64,000 bases of DNA from an uncultured virus (IMG/VR IMGVR_UViG_3300042880_000230) (IMGVR_UViG_3300042880_000230), one strand, 5' to 3'; numbered from the stretch's first letter, positions 19,457 through 28,999 are shown. Numbers and translations: made by a program. The notes: generated from the sequence alone by a model not told the origin.

Positions 19457-19705
19457 TCATGGCGCTACGTCGAAGAGTGTGCCTTCAGGCTCTGGTTCCG
19501 TCTGCTTCGTGTAGGCAGGCAGCGGTGGAGGGTCAGGGAGCGGCTCTGTAGCGACTCTGGCTATAGGCACGCGCCTGACAGTCGTCCCCTCCGGCACCTC
19601 CAGGGTGATGTTCACGTTGACTGCCTGCTGCGGCTGCGGGTCTCTGCCGCAGGAGGTTAGGATGAGTGGTGCAAGGCTTGCAAAAAACACGGCACAGGTT
19701 CTCAT
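19457..19705 (-). CDS. Putative small lipoprotein
   Basis: Hydrophobic N-terminus ending in lipobox-like LTSC. Confidence 0.5.
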   Translation of the reverse strand: MRTCAVFFASLAPLILTSCGRDPQPQQAVNVNITLEVPEGTTVRRVPIARVATEPLPDPPPLPAYTKQTEPEPEGTLFDVAP

Positions 19706-19880
19706 GGCGTGAATAGGTTAGTGTGGTAGCGGAGGAGGTAGAGCAGGACTGCCCACGGCCCTAGCGTGATTAGCCCATAGACTAGGACGCACTTGAGAAA
19801 GCCTGGCGGGTCTTCGGGGTTTGGCGGCGGAATGGCTATCATGGCTGGAGTGTGGCTGGTAGTCGCCTGCCTGTCAAATG

Positions 19881-20213
19881 TTAGCCTGCCGACTCCTGCT
19901 GCGGCTGTTGCACGGCGTCTGCGATGTCCGCCTCCGTAGCGAGAGCAGCCAGTACGTCGATAAAGACTTCACCTGCCGCCAGACTGCGGAACGCTAGGAT
20001 GGCTTCGCGCCGTCCGCCATTCTGCCGAACGTCATCCAGAGCGCGGTCGAAGACGGCTAGGGCTTTGAGGAGTCTGGCGTCGTACTCTCCGGCGGTGTGC
20101 GTCTCCGTTAGGGAATAGACAGCGGCGCGGACTTCCCACGGGATGAGCCTGCCCGCAAGTGACAGGGTGATGAGTATGCGGCGTTTGGCGGCGGTGAGTT
20201 GCTGTGCTTGCAT
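19881..20213 (-). CDS. Hypothetical protein
   Basis: 110 aa ORF with C/A-rich leader. Confidence 0.6.
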   Translation of the reverse strand: MQAQQLTAAKRRILITLSLAGRLIPWEVRAAVYSLTETHTAGEYDARLLKALAVFDRALDDVRQNGGRREAILAFRSLAAGEVFIDVLAALATEADIADAVQQPQQESAG

Positions 20214-20248
20214 GTGTTGGTGTGGTTTGTGTTAGTGCTTGGGGTGTG

Positions 20249-20737
20249 CTATTGCTTGAGGAACCAGTCGGGAATCTTTCTGTTAGTCCAGCGGGCGGGC
20301 CGTCCGCATAGAATCGCCTTCCGCTCACGATAGTAGGTGCGGTAGGCGGGCACCGCGTCCGGCCCTTTGTACTCGTCTGGCATCGCCTGCGCAAACGGTG
20401 TTACCGTCTGCGGCAGTGCGGCGAAAAGGGCGGTGCGGTCGAGGGTGTCCAGCGCTGCCTCGGTCTTGCTAGGCTGGCACGCCGTCCAGCGCATCCGCCG
20501 TTCGATGCGGAGGGCGTCCGCTAGGGCGAGCAGCCATCGCAGGTTCTCCGCGCCTGCTGCGGCCCACAGCGTACACGGGTGACGCGCATGGGTCGCCCTG
20601 TAGGGGGCGGGGAGCGACAGCGTAGCCGCTACGGTGGAGGCGATCTGGACCGCCTCCAGCAGCATCTTGTTGATGTGCTGGTCGGCGTGGGCGCGGGCAG
20701 CGCCCGCAGGCTCGGGGTGGAGGGCGAAGACGTTCAT
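20249..20737 (-). CDS. Pyrimidine dimer DNA glycosylase (endonuclease V-like family)
   Basis: MNVF.L..AA..H.DQHINKMLLE.VQ, Y..TH..HPC..W, FAQAMP..Y, AYR.YY. Confidence 0.8.
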   Translation of the reverse strand: MNVFALHPEPAGAARAHADQHINKMLLEAVQIASTVAATLSLPAPYRATHARHPCTLWAAAGAENLRWLLALADALRIERRMRWTACQPSKTEAALDTLDRTALFAALPQTVTPFAQAMPDEYKGPDAVPAYRTYYRERKAILCGRPARWTNRKIPDWFLKQ

Positions 20738-20738
20738 G

Positions 20739-21020
20739 TTAGGCGTCGAAGTCGATGGTGGCACCCTGACCTATGTTTCTGAAGACGCTGCACTTAGCGC
20801 CTGACCTAATCTGCCCCAGCCACTTGGCTAGGGTGTCGCGGCGATCAGTCTTCAGCACCTCCCCGTCTACGCGGAGGGTAAAGCGGTCGAAGCCCTGCCG
20901 CTCCTTCGCGGGGCGGGCGGCGGCAACGGCTGCGGCGACGACGGGGGCGGTGTCCGGCGCTTGGCACCCGTCGGGGAGGGTGATCGTGGCGAGGGTAAAG
21001 TCGATGGCTGGGGCGAACAT
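20739..21020 (-). CDS. Hypothetical protein
   Basis: 93 aa; TAAC-ATG coupling to the next gene. Confidence 0.6.
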   Translation of the reverse strand: MFAPAIDFTLATITLPDGCQAPDTAPVVAAAVAAARPAKERQGFDRFTLRVDGEVLKTDRRDTLAKWLGQIRSGAKCSVFRNIGQGATIDFDA

Positions 21021-21097
21021 AGGAGAAGGAGCGGTGGAGGTGTTTGGTTAGGGAAGGATGCCGCCCCGCCCGGTGAGGGGGAGGGGCGGCGGAGGTG

Positions 21098-21436
21098 TTA
21101 GACTTCCCAGATGCGTTCGGCCAGGGAGTTGAGCAGGGAGCAGACCTTACTCTTCTCCAGCTCCAGAGCGTCCCGCTTTTTGGCGAGCTTGGCTTTCTCC
21201 GCTTCAAGCTCCTCCCGCTCTTTTGCTAGAGCTGCGCGTTCGGCGGCGAGGATCTCGTCGGCCTTCGCCTTCCCCGCCTTAATGGCGTCGGCGAGGGTGA
21301 GGGCGGGGAAGAAGTCGGAGCGGATAGCACTCTCGACTTCGTGGCGGACGCGGGAGAGCCATGGGCCGAGGTAGCTGTCGGCTCCGAGCTTCTTGATGGC
21401 TGCGTCGAGGGTGGCGAGTTCTTGCTGCTTGTTCAT
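21098..21436 (-). CDS. Hypothetical coiled-coil protein
   Basis: First gene after promoter copy 3; ACTAAC-ATG. Confidence 0.7.
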   Translation of the reverse strand: MNKQQELATLDAAIKKLGADSYLGPWLSRVRHEVESAIRSDFFPALTLADAIKAGKAKADEILAAERAALAKEREELEAEKAKLAKKRDALELEKSKVCSLLNSLAERIWEV

Positions 21437-21489
21437 GTTAGTGCGGTAGGTTGGTAGTTATGTTAGCAGCGGGTGGTTCGTGCTGCGTC

Positions 21490-21603
21490 CCCCTTAATAC
21501 ATCAGGCAAAATGATTTGCAAATGGTTTTTGCAAATTGTGCAAACTTTCTTTCGGAGTACGCATCCGCGTAGAATTTCCCGCGTTCGCGTAGAAAGATGT
21601 TAG
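21490..21603 (-). promoter_or_regulatory. Repeated early-promoter cassette, copy 3
   Basis: Minus strand TTGCAA-N16-TATTAA; TGCA-N5-TGCA at 21530; TACGCATCCGCGTA at 21558. Confidence 0.75.
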
Positions 21604-21938
21604 CGTACCTTCCTGATCGTGTAGTGTCCCGCGAAGTGTGCTAGGGTAGGGAGGCGCGGGTCGCTTCGCCGCAGATATGTTAGCGGTTCCCTGCCTCGGT
21701 GCCCTGCCCACATGCACTCTACCCCGTCGAAGCCTGCGGCGGCGCAGAGAACGTGCATCCGAACGTCATGTGCTAGGGGACGCCTGACGCATTCAGACAG
21801 GTAGCGGCGTGCGGCGGGGTGGCTCTCCACGTCCGCGCTCGTAGCGGTCAGCCACTGCCAGAGTGCTGCGGCAGTCTCCTCGTCGAAGCTCCCTGCCAAG
21901 TCTGCTCTGCTAGGGTGCTGGTGGTGAATCGCTCTCAT
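21600..21938 (-). CDS. Hypothetical protein
   Basis: 112 aa ORF with 4-nt overlap. Confidence 0.55.
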   Translation of the reverse strand: MRAIHHQHPSRADLAGSFDEETAAALWQWLTATSADVESHPAARRYLSECVRRPLAHDVRMHVLCAAAGFDGVECMWAGHRGREPLTYLRRSDPRLPTLAHFAGHYTIRKVR

Positions 21939-22282
21939 TCCGCCTGGATGTAGGCGCGGTAGAGTCCATCGCGGTTCAGCGCGATGTAGTACACCGTGCG
22001 GTGCTTATGTTCTGACCACTCCCCGTCCAGCCCTAACAGGTCGATGGAGACCGACGCCCAGATTGATCCAGTAATGTGCCTGCGGTCTCGCATGGTCACG
22101 TTCACCTGCACCAGTCGGGCAATCGTCCGCATGGTGCTGGTTGCGGTGAAGACGGTGTGGGCGGTCAGGTCGCCATCCCCTTCCTGGAAGAGTTCCGCCG
22201 CCGCCAAGGCAGGCATATCGTGCGCGGCGGCGAAGTCGGCGATGAACTCGCGGCAGACGTGTCGTAGGGTCTCTGGTGTCAT
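21935..22282 (-). CDS. Hypothetical protein
   Basis: 115 aa ORF in an early cassette. Confidence 0.6.
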   Translation of the reverse strand: MTPETLRHVCREFIADFAAAHDMPALAAAELFQEGDGDLTAHTVFTATSTMRTIARLVQVNVTMRDRRHITGSIWASVSIDLLGLDGEWSEHKHRTVYYIALNRDGLYRAYIQAE

Positions 22283-22306
22283 AATGTGCTAGTGTAGAGG
22301 TAAATT

Positions 22307-22549
22307 TTAGGCAGAGGCGCGGGCGGTGCGGGCCTGCCCAACGTGGCGGGCCATCTTAGCGCTTAACTTGCGCGTGTCGGCTAGGATGTTTGCTAGGGAC
22401 GTATGGAACTCCCGCACTAACGTGTCTAGTTCATCGGCGATATACACCGCCTCCTGCTCAAACTGCGGATTCTTGAGGATGGCAGCATCCAGCTTTGCTA
22501 GGATCTGCTCGGCGCGAATGGCGTCTTGGAAGGCGGCGGAGATGTTCAT
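22307..22549 (-). CDS. Hypothetical protein
   Basis: 80 aa ORF. Confidence 0.6.
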   Translation of the reverse strand: MNISAAFQDAIRAEQILAKLDAAILKNPQFEQEAVYIADELDTLVREFHTSLANILADTRKLSAKMARHVGQARTARASA

Positions 22550-22628
22550 ATGGTTGGGAGGTGTTTGGTGTCTGGTGTTTAGCTAGGGTAGATGCCCTCC
22601 CGCCGCGATGGCGGAGAGGGCGGAGATG

Positions 22629-22811
22629 TTAGAACCCGAAGGACGGCGCGGGGGCAACCCACGGCTCCAGGATGTCGAGGGCGGCGAGCGCTGCGGCCCG
22701 CGTCTCCCCGTAGGCGATCTGGCCCACCCGGTTGATTCCGTTAAACCGCCAGGCGGCGAAGGTCTGGGTGGCTTTGTCGTACTGGCTGAGGGTGCTGAGT
22801 CCGAAGTTCAT
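22629..22811 (-). CDS. Hypothetical protein
   Basis: 60 aa, first gene after promoter copy 4; ACTAAC-ATG. Confidence 0.6.
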   Translation of the reverse strand: MNFGLSTLSQYDKATQTFAAWRFNGINRVGQIAYGETRAAALAALDILEPWVAPAPSFGF

Positions 22812-22867
22812 GTTAGTGCGGTAGGTTGGTGGTTATGTTAGCAGCGGGTAGTTCGTGCTGCTGGTCC

Positions 22868-22950
22868 TTCAATAAACCCGGCAAAAGGATTTGCAAATGG
22901 TTTTTGCAAATTGTGCAAACTTTCTTTTCCGGTACGCATCCGCGTAGATT
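22868..22950 (-). promoter_or_regulatory. Repeated early-promoter cassette, copy 4
   Basis: Minus strand TTGCAA-N16-TATTGA; TGCA-N5-TGCA at 22905; TACGCATCCGCGTA at 22933. Confidence 0.75.
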
Positions 22951-22972
22951 TGCGGTTTCCATTTGCACTAGC

Positions 22973-23006
22973 AAAAAGCCTGCCTACGCGGGGGCGCGGG
23001 CAGGCT
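22973..23006 (-). terminator. Intrinsic terminator
   Basis: Minus strand AGCCTGCC...GGCAGGCT followed by a T-tract. Confidence 0.7.
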
Positions 23007-23152
23007 CATGTGTGCGTGCGGGTGTCAGTCTTCTGTCTCGGCTTCGGCGTGGACAGTAGCGGTGGCGTAGTGCATGGCGGCGTATGTCAGGAAGCTCCCT
23101 GCCGCCCCTAGCAGAAACGCTGCCAGTCCCAGACAGATCAGGTCGGTGCGTG

Positions 23153-23803
23153 TCATGGCTGTGTCTTGTTAGGTTTGATGTGGCGCATGTGCGCTTTCGC
23201 TGAGACGGCTGCGCGGTCCAGGATACCGTGGTGGTAGCCCAGCAACTTCCCTAGCGTAATCTCTACCCTGCCTTGCTTGCGGTCGGGCGGAGCGTCCAGC
23301 ATCGGGGTGTAGTAGGCTCGCACCTTGGGGACACGCTTGGCGGTCATGTCTTGGTCAGGCCACACCATCTCAAGCTCCAGCGCTAGCAGGTAGGTTCCGG
23401 CTTCGTAGGAGACGTAGTAAAGCTGAGACGCCGCAACGAAGAGCGATGTGTCGCCTAGCTCAACGACCTCGACTTCCATCCTAGGGTGCGACTTCCGCAG
23501 GCTCTCGGCTTCCCGCTCCAGAAAGGCCCGCTCCGAGCTTCTGTTGCGGCGGAGGATGTCCGCCAGGCGGTCTCTCTGCTGTGCTAGCTTGAGCCTCTGT
23601 AGCTTGCGATACTCCAGCCACCACGTCGTCACGGCATACCCTAGCGCGAAGCACATGCAGGCGATGCCTACCCGGTACGAGGGCCATCGGATTCCTGCCA
23701 GGTAGCCAGCGGCAGCTACTGCCGTTAGCCCAGCCACAAGCAGCCAGATTCGATCTTGGTCAGGGCGCGGCCCGTCTTTGTATGGTGTCGATTTAGTTTT
23801 CAT
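23153..23803 (-). CDS. Hypothetical membrane protein (2 TM)
   Basis: Two hydrophobic segments near the N-terminus. Confidence 0.65.
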   Translation of the reverse strand: MKTKSTPYKDGPRPDQDRIWLLVAGLTAVAAAGYLAGIRWPSYRVGIACMCFALGYAVTTWWLEYRKLQRLKLAQQRDRLADILRRNRSSERAFLEREAESLRKSHPRMEVEVVELGDTSLFVAASQLYYVSYEAGTYLLALELEMVWPDQDMTAKRVPKVRAYYTPMLDAPPDRKQGRVEITLGKLLGYHHGILDRAAVSAKAHMRHIKPNKTQP

Positions 23804-23934
23804 GTGTTAGTGTGTTCCGGTGATGCGTTCACTTAGGCGCGGCAGATTGATTTGCAAGGCACCGAATAAAACGCATTCGCGTTCCAACTTTCTGCTTGCA
23901 AATTCAATCCTGACGCGATTAGGTGGCGGCTCTT

Positions 23935-24018
23935 GCCGGGGTGGTGGAATCGGTAGACACGCCAGATTTAGGATCTGGTTCCCGTTAGGGAATAGGGGTT
24001 CGAGTCCCCTCCCCGGTA
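23935..24018 (+). tRNA. tRNA-Leu (anticodon TAG), class II, CCA not encoded
   Basis: GCCGGGG/CCCCGGT acceptor, D-arm GTGGAATCGGTAGACAC, CCAGA-TTTAGGA-TCTGG anticodon arm (TAG at 23969-23971), long variable arm, AGGGG-TTCGAGT-CCCCT T-arm, discriminator A. Confidence 0.95.
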
Positions 24019-24034
24019 CTCCCCGCCGCAAACG

Positions 24035-24664
24035 CTAGCCTTCAATGGCGCGGAGGGCTTCAAGGATGTCAGGATTGCGAAGCATCTTGGCCGCGTCCCA
24101 GGCGTCCGCGCCTTGCAGCACGCCCACTCGGAGCGCCCCTAGCACTACACCGCGGCACTGGAATCCGTGCAATTCCGGGTGATACCAGTAGCGGCGGATG
24201 CCTACCTCCATAGCGGCTATAGGGTCGGGCGGGTTAGGGTAATGCCTGTACCGGGCCGCTTCGTCGCAGGTTGTAACTACGTAGCTGCCTAGCCGCCACA
24301 TCGGCACAACCGTCAGGTGCGCGGGACCGCCTAGCAGAAGATGGGGCGAGTTCACAGGGTACGGTATCTGCTGGCCTTCGGGGCGGGCGGGTTGCCAGCA
24401 CTGCCTAACCTTCCACTCCATCACCTCCCGCTCGTTATCCCGCATGAACTGGTCTACCCCTGCCGCCCGTTCTGCACACCTCTTTGCTAGTTCCACGGTC
24501 CACTCCTCGCCCGAACGCCTGGCAGGCACCGAGCGCCACGTTGCCCCGTGCCTGCCCGCAAACACACTAGCCACTTCACGCGGCGATGCGTCAGGGCGGT
24601 TGTCGATCAGCTTCCAGACCGTCGGGCTGTCATGCTCTTTCTTCCACTCGAATATCAGGTTCAT
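24035..24664 (-). CDS. Hypothetical protein
   Basis: 209 aa; N-terminus resembles the C-terminus of the upstream ORF. Confidence 0.65.
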   Translation of the reverse strand: MNLIFEWKKEHDSPTVWKLIDNRPDASPREVASVFAGRHGATWRSVPARRSGEEWTVELAKRCAERAAGVDQFMRDNEREVMEWKVRQCWQPARPEGQQIPYPVNSPHLLLGGPAHLTVVPMWRLGSYVVTTCDEAARYRHYPNPPDPIAAMEVGIRRYWYHPELHGFQCRGVVLGALRVGVLQGADAWDAAKMLRNPDILEALRAIEG

Positions 24665-24667
24665 ACG

Positions 24668-26317
24668 TTAGTCTCCGTTTGATATGTTGTCAGGTTTCTC
24701 TGCGGTCACTCCGGCAAATAGCTCAACCTCCTCCATGCCTTCCAGCACGCTTCCCGTGTCGCCGCGAATCTTCTGGCCAGGGACGCACCATAGAACGTAG
24801 CTCCCGCGGTCGGATACTTCGCCTAACTCCTCCGCCTCAGTAGGTGACGACCGCCGCACTAGCCGCCAGATATGGGGTCGGTCCTTGTCCTGCTCCCACG
24901 TTAGGCGCGGGCGGCTGTCTGCCGCTAGCGTCTCGCCGTTCTTAGGTAGTAGCCTGCCCGTGTCGTGCGGTTTGATAGCGGACGGCTCCTTTAAGGTAGG
25001 CAGATGCTCTAGGGCTTTGCCTGCGGGCGGTTGCGGCGGCAGTCTGCGGAGGCGGTCAACCCTAACGGATTGCGGTCGCGGACGCTTGTCAAACGCTACC
25101 ACCGCTATGTCTTTCCCGTGCAGGTTTACCACCGCACCCTCCAACCCTTCGACTAGCATCTCAGTGAAATCCCCGAGAGTTTCCGTGAGTGCTACACGGT
25201 CGCCGGGAAGGATAGGCTGGAGGGTGGCAAATGCTTCCTCCGCTTCCTTGGTTATCTCCTCCGCCGTTAGCACTCGGGCGTCCTTTATCGCGTTAGCCTT
25301 CTCCGCAGGCGCAGGCGTGGCACGGCGCATGTGAACCGCGCTAGCGCCTTCGATGGTGTATTGCTTGGCGCGGTCTTCCAGTACCAGACGTAACGCCTTG
25401 TCGAACACTATCTGCCGGGCGCGGCTATCCTCGGGCAGCGTGTTTGCTAGAGCTTCCAGCGCCTCCGTGGTGTCAGTCTTTTCGGCTAGGGCTTTTACGC
25501 TCTCCGATAGCGCGGTGTCTGCCGCCCGCCATGCCGCCACCGCCTCGGTGTAGTCTGCCCCTAGTTGCTCCAGACTCTTCGGCGGTGCGGCACTAGCCTC
25601 CTCCTCCTCCTTGCTAGCGCATTCCTCGCACACGTCTACTGATGCGTCGTCCTTGGACGGTAGCGGTGCCGTGAGGGATTGCGTTTGCAACGCTTGCACC
25701 TTCTCCGGCGGTGCCTTTATCCTCCACCCGCTAGTAAGCGAGGGGTGATGCTGGAACGTGACGCGCAGGTCGGGCGTGGTGTAGGCTCTGAGCCACGCCG
25801 CAAAGTGTTTCGGAATCTCGCCTAACCCTAGCGCCCCCCGCGTGCATGAGAGGGCATCCCTGACCGCACCTGCGGGCGGTATAGTGTACTCCCGGCTCCC
25901 ATCTACGCGGGCCGCGTTAGCCAGGTACTGCAAGGCCAGCCGCGCAAACGATGCGCCGCCGGGAGACGCGCAAGGTACGGCATCCTCGCCTAGCATTCCG
26001 GCGATACGGTTGGCGGTTGTCCGTTCCTCGTCCGCTTCCGGTGTCAGTTCACTAGCCGCATGCTTTTCAATCAATGCTAGCGCCCTGTCTTTGTCCTTGC
26101 ACTCCCATCCCTCTATCTCCCGGATAGCCCACACCCCGAAACGGATCAGCTCCTCCTGAGAGAGTACGTTAGGGCAGGTGGCGATCGAGACAAGGCTGTC
26201 AGGGTCTACGTTGTCCCATACCGCGCCCATGGTAGGATATTGCCGCATGGTCTTTGCTAGGTTAGGGGTGTGCCATTCCAGCCCGTGCCGTTCTATAAAG
26301 AATTCGATTTCGCTCAT
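24668..26317 (-). CDS. Multi-domain hypothetical protein (start at MSEIEF)
   Basis: Long ORF downstream of a TTGCAA promoter-like element. Confidence 0.7.
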   Translation of the reverse strand: MSEIEFFIERHGLEWHTPNLAKTMRQYPTMGAVWDNVDPDSLVSIATCPNVLSQEELIRFGVWAIREIEGWECKDKDRALALIEKHAASELTPEADEERTTANRIAGMLGEDAVPCASPGGASFARLALQYLANAARVDGSREYTIPPAGAVRDALSCTRGALGLGEIPKHFAAWLRAYTTPDLRVTFQHHPSLTSGWRIKAPPEKVQALQTQSLTAPLPSKDDASVDVCEECASKEEEEASAAPPKSLEQLGADYTEAVAAWRAADTALSESVKALAEKTDTTEALEALANTLPEDSRARQIVFDKALRLVLEDRAKQYTIEGASAVHMRRATPAPAEKANAIKDARVLTAEEITKEAEEAFATLQPILPGDRVALTETLGDFTEMLVEGLEGAVVNLHGKDIAVVAFDKRPRPQSVRVDRLRRLPPQPPAGKALEHLPTLKEPSAIKPHDTGRLLPKNGETLAADSRPRLTWEQDKDRPHIWRLVRRSSPTEAEELGEVSDRGSYVLWCVPGQKIRGDTGSVLEGMEEVELFAGVTAEKPDNISNGD

Positions 26318-26475
26318 CGTAGTGTTAGGAGGTTTCAGTGTACCGGACGTTATACCCTCACAAATGATTTGCAAGAGAGAAGTGCGGTAAAGTTATTTGC
26401 AAGCGGTTGCAAAAAAGAAACCCGCCCTCGGCGCTAGTGTCCGGGGCGGATTCGTATGCAGATTGCGCTAGTGTG

Positions 26476-26712
26476 CTAGCTTTCCTTCGATGGTGTCTGC
26501 TTAGGTATTAGCGTCAGTTCCAGACCTACGGCATCCGCTAGTTTCGCCGCCGTCTCATAGCTCATGCCTACCCGCCGACTGCTTATCAGCCCCCACCTGT
26601 GGCGGGACACGTTAGCTAGATTGCAGAGTTGTTTGTCAGTCCAGCCTAGCTCTACCATGCGAGCTTCGATTGTCCTGACCAAGTATTGCAGCGGTTTGTT
26701 ACGATGGTTCAT
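26476..26712 (-). CDS. XRE-like helix-turn-helix protein
   Basis: GWTDKQLCNLANVSR..MSYETAAKLADAVGLEL. Confidence 0.75.
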   Translation of the reverse strand: MNHRNKPLQYLVRTIEARMVELGWTDKQLCNLANVSRHRWGLISSRRVGMSYETAAKLADAVGLELTLIPKQTPSKES

Positions 26713-27113
26713 TGTGCGGAGTCAGGTTTGATGTGCGAACGAATGAAGGCGCGGGCGATGCGGTAGACTTCCCTAGCCTCCTCGACCGTGCGGATGTTAG
26801 CGGTGTGGTACTCCCTGCCCGTCATCCGCGAGAGGTGGTGGTACAGTTCCTGACGGTCTACTAGACCTCCCTGCCACGCCGGGTCGATGAGCGCGTGGAC
26901 GTGCTGTCGTGCGTTCCGCACTTCCGGCGACGGGATAGACCCTAGCGGACGGGTCCGGTTTATGGTCTTGTGGTGACAGCCGACATAGTTTCCGCAGGCA
27001 TCGCATTTCCAGAACGGGTTGTTAGCGAGGTGTGGGCGTCCGGGGTATATCTCGCGCCCATCTGTCAGGCGTGCTTCGACCTTCTGAGTGCATCCGCAGC
27101 AGTATATTTTCAT
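26709..27113 (-). CDS. Zinc-finger protein (DUF3268-like)
   Basis: YCCGC, CDACGNYVGCH, PLG, H..IDP.W. Confidence 0.75.
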   Translation of the reverse strand: MKIYCCGCTQKVEARLTDGREIYPGRPHLANNPFWKCDACGNYVGCHHKTINRTRPLGSIPSPEVRNARQHVHALIDPAWQGGLVDRQELYHHLSRMTGREYHTANIRTVEEAREVYRIARAFIRSHIKPDSAQ

Positions 27114-27138
27114 CGGTATGTTAGGCGGTAGCGAGCCT

Positions 27139-27810
27139 TCACGGCCTGCTAATTGTTAGTGGCACTGCCCCTTCTTCTGGCCGCTGTGCGTCAGGGTAGT
27201 GAACCGGGCAGTCCTTGGCGGGACGTAGGAATCCCCTCCCGTCTTTGTCTGCGTAGATGCCGCCCCAGGCTAGAGCGCATACGCTGGACATCTCTAGCCC
27301 TTTTACCCGCAGGAACGGACAGCGGGTGTGGTTGTGCCCCACATGGAGGGCGCATGTAGGTTCGCCGTCCAGCGTCCGCAGAAGCGGGACAGCTATGCTC
27401 GCGGCTTCGATGGTCCCGTTAGGGTGTGCTGCTCTGCTCTTTTCCTCTTCTGCTTCGCAGTGGTCTCTAGCCTGCTTGAGGTGGAGGGTTAGCGCGTGCA
27501 GGATACCTGGTTCTGCGTTGCTGATTTGAAGCAGCAGACTGACACGCTCCACTTCGTGCCTATGGTATAGCACTGACATCATCGCATAGACTGCCGCTCC
27601 TGTGAAGACGCGCACGCCTTTCATGTTAAGCTCTACACTGGACCCGATGTCGATGAGATGTGCAATCCTCTCACCTATGGGTGTACTGTGTGCGGCTGTC
27701 AGGATTCTGCCTTTACTGCTGGCGTATGCTAGCGCCTGGACCTCCTGGCGCTGGATAGCTGTGCTGGCAGATTCGACGGTTCCGGTAGGGTGGGTAGTCT
27801 TGTCGCTCAC
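27139..27810 (-). CDS. Hypothetical protein with Cys-rich C-terminus
   Basis: 223 aa ORF with 4-nt overlap. Confidence 0.6.
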   Translation of the reverse strand: MSDKTTHPTGTVESASTAIQRQEVQALAYASSKGRILTAAHSTPIGERIAHLIDIGSSVELNMKGVRVFTGAAVYAMMSVLYHRHEVERVSLLLQISNAEPGILHALTLHLKQARDHCEAEEEKSRAAHPNGTIEAASIAVPLLRTLDGEPTCALHVGHNHTRCPFLRVKGLEMSSVCALAWGGIYADKDGRGFLRPAKDCPVHYPDAQRPEEGAVPLTISRP

Positions 27811-28031
27811 CTGGCACCTCCTTTGCGGCTGAAGTCTCTGCGGCGCTGCCTCTGGTTAGGCAGCTTTACGTTAGGGATTCCCTTCGCCGCAGGCTTGTAG
27901 GTTCGGTGGGTAGGGTTACGGATACCGTCCGACACGACGCGGCGGGCGCGGTCGATGCGCTCGTCCAGCGTCTCTTGCTCCGCCCCCATCTTCCACACGT
28001 CGGCCTGCATCCGCGCTAGGGTTAGGCTCAT
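27807..28031 (-). CDS. Hypothetical protein
   Basis: 74 aa, 4-nt overlaps on both sides. Confidence 0.55.
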   Translation of the reverse strand: MSLTLARMQADVWKMGAEQETLDERIDRARRVVSDGIRNPTHRTYKPAAKGIPNVKLPNQRQRRRDFSRKGGAR

Positions 28032-28363
28032 ACTTCACCGCCTTCCCCGAACGTAGTCCCCAGCGCCACTAGCTCATTCGCCTGTTTAACGGCTAGCTCC
28101 GCGTATCTGCTGCTGGTCTCGTCCATAGTACTGTCGGCTCGGTCCCCTGTTAGGGTTGCGGCGATAAAGTCTAGCCGCCTGCTCTCACGAATCATCTCGT
28201 CCAGGGCAGGGATACCTGACATGGGAACCTTGAGGTGGATAGCCGCGTAGACCCTGACCGTCTCTCCTGCCGCGCCGTACTCTACCCCATGAGAGAAGGT
28301 GTGGTGCGGCTTCGGAAACATCGGCTCGTTTATCCTGCCATTCTGCTGCTCTTCTACGTTCAT
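28028..28363 (-). CDS. Hypothetical protein
   Basis: 111 aa ORF. Confidence 0.6.
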   Translation of the reverse strand: MNVEEQQNGRINEPMFPKPHHTFSHGVEYGAAGETVRVYAAIHLKVPMSGIPALDEMIRESRRLDFIAATLTGDRADSTMDETSSRYAELAVKQANELVALGTTFGEGGEV

Positions 28364-28400
28364 TGCTTTATTGCGTTAGGTTGTGCAAGCTGTGCAACTG

Positions 28401-28655
28401 TCACTTGCGGCGGCGTTTCTGCAAGAGTGCGGCAGCGGCTAGCGCTAGCAGGACGGTCGGCGACTGCGGCTCTGGTGTTACGGTAGGAGCGGGGGCGGGC
28501 GCAGGGTCAACGTGGATGCCATTGTGGTCCCAGTGATCGATGTGCCAGATGCTGACGCCTCCGGGGCCGTCGCTGCCGAGGAATGACCATTGAGCGTAGG
28601 CGGTCGGAGTAAGCGCTAGCGCTACGGCGGCGAGGAGGAGTGTGGTTGTCTTCAT
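28401..28655 (-). CDS. Small PEP-CTERM-like sorting-signal protein
   Basis: Signal peptide ending AYA; C-terminal TPEP + hydrophobic stretch + KRRRK. Confidence 0.7.
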   Translation of the reverse strand: MKTTTLLLAAVALALTPTAYAQWSFLGSDGPGGVSIWHIDHWDHNGIHVDPAPAPAPTVTPEPQSPTVLLALAAAALLQKRRRK

Positions 28656-28999
28656 GGGTCTGTGTGTGTTTGCTGTTAGCGGAAAGTGCCGAGGAGGGAG
28701 AGCGCTAGCGATGCTGCGGCTAGCACAAGCAGGGCGGTTGCGGCAAGGTCTATCCAGTCGAAGACCGTCCTGCGGCTAGCGGTTTCAGTCTTTGCTTCCC
28801 GGTCTGGCCGGGTGCCGTTTTCAGTGTATGGGTTCATGGTAGTATGGATGGTAAAATGTTATTTTCGGATACCCGGCATATATAGCACGGGTGAATTAGA
28901 TTTGCAACACGTTAGTTCTGCTTCGGGATTCTTTCTCTCTGCTCCTGTATGCTGTACCTCCTGCCGCACCTGTGAATGCCTGATGCATAAGATTCGCAG

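Noticed and set aside
23935..24018. tRNA as a prophage attachment site or host boundary
   Set aside because: No integrase or duplicated tRNA 3' end was seen, and phage-type genes continue on both sides.
23807..24038. Short ORFs overlapping the tRNA
   Set aside because: They are translations of the tRNA and its promoter region.
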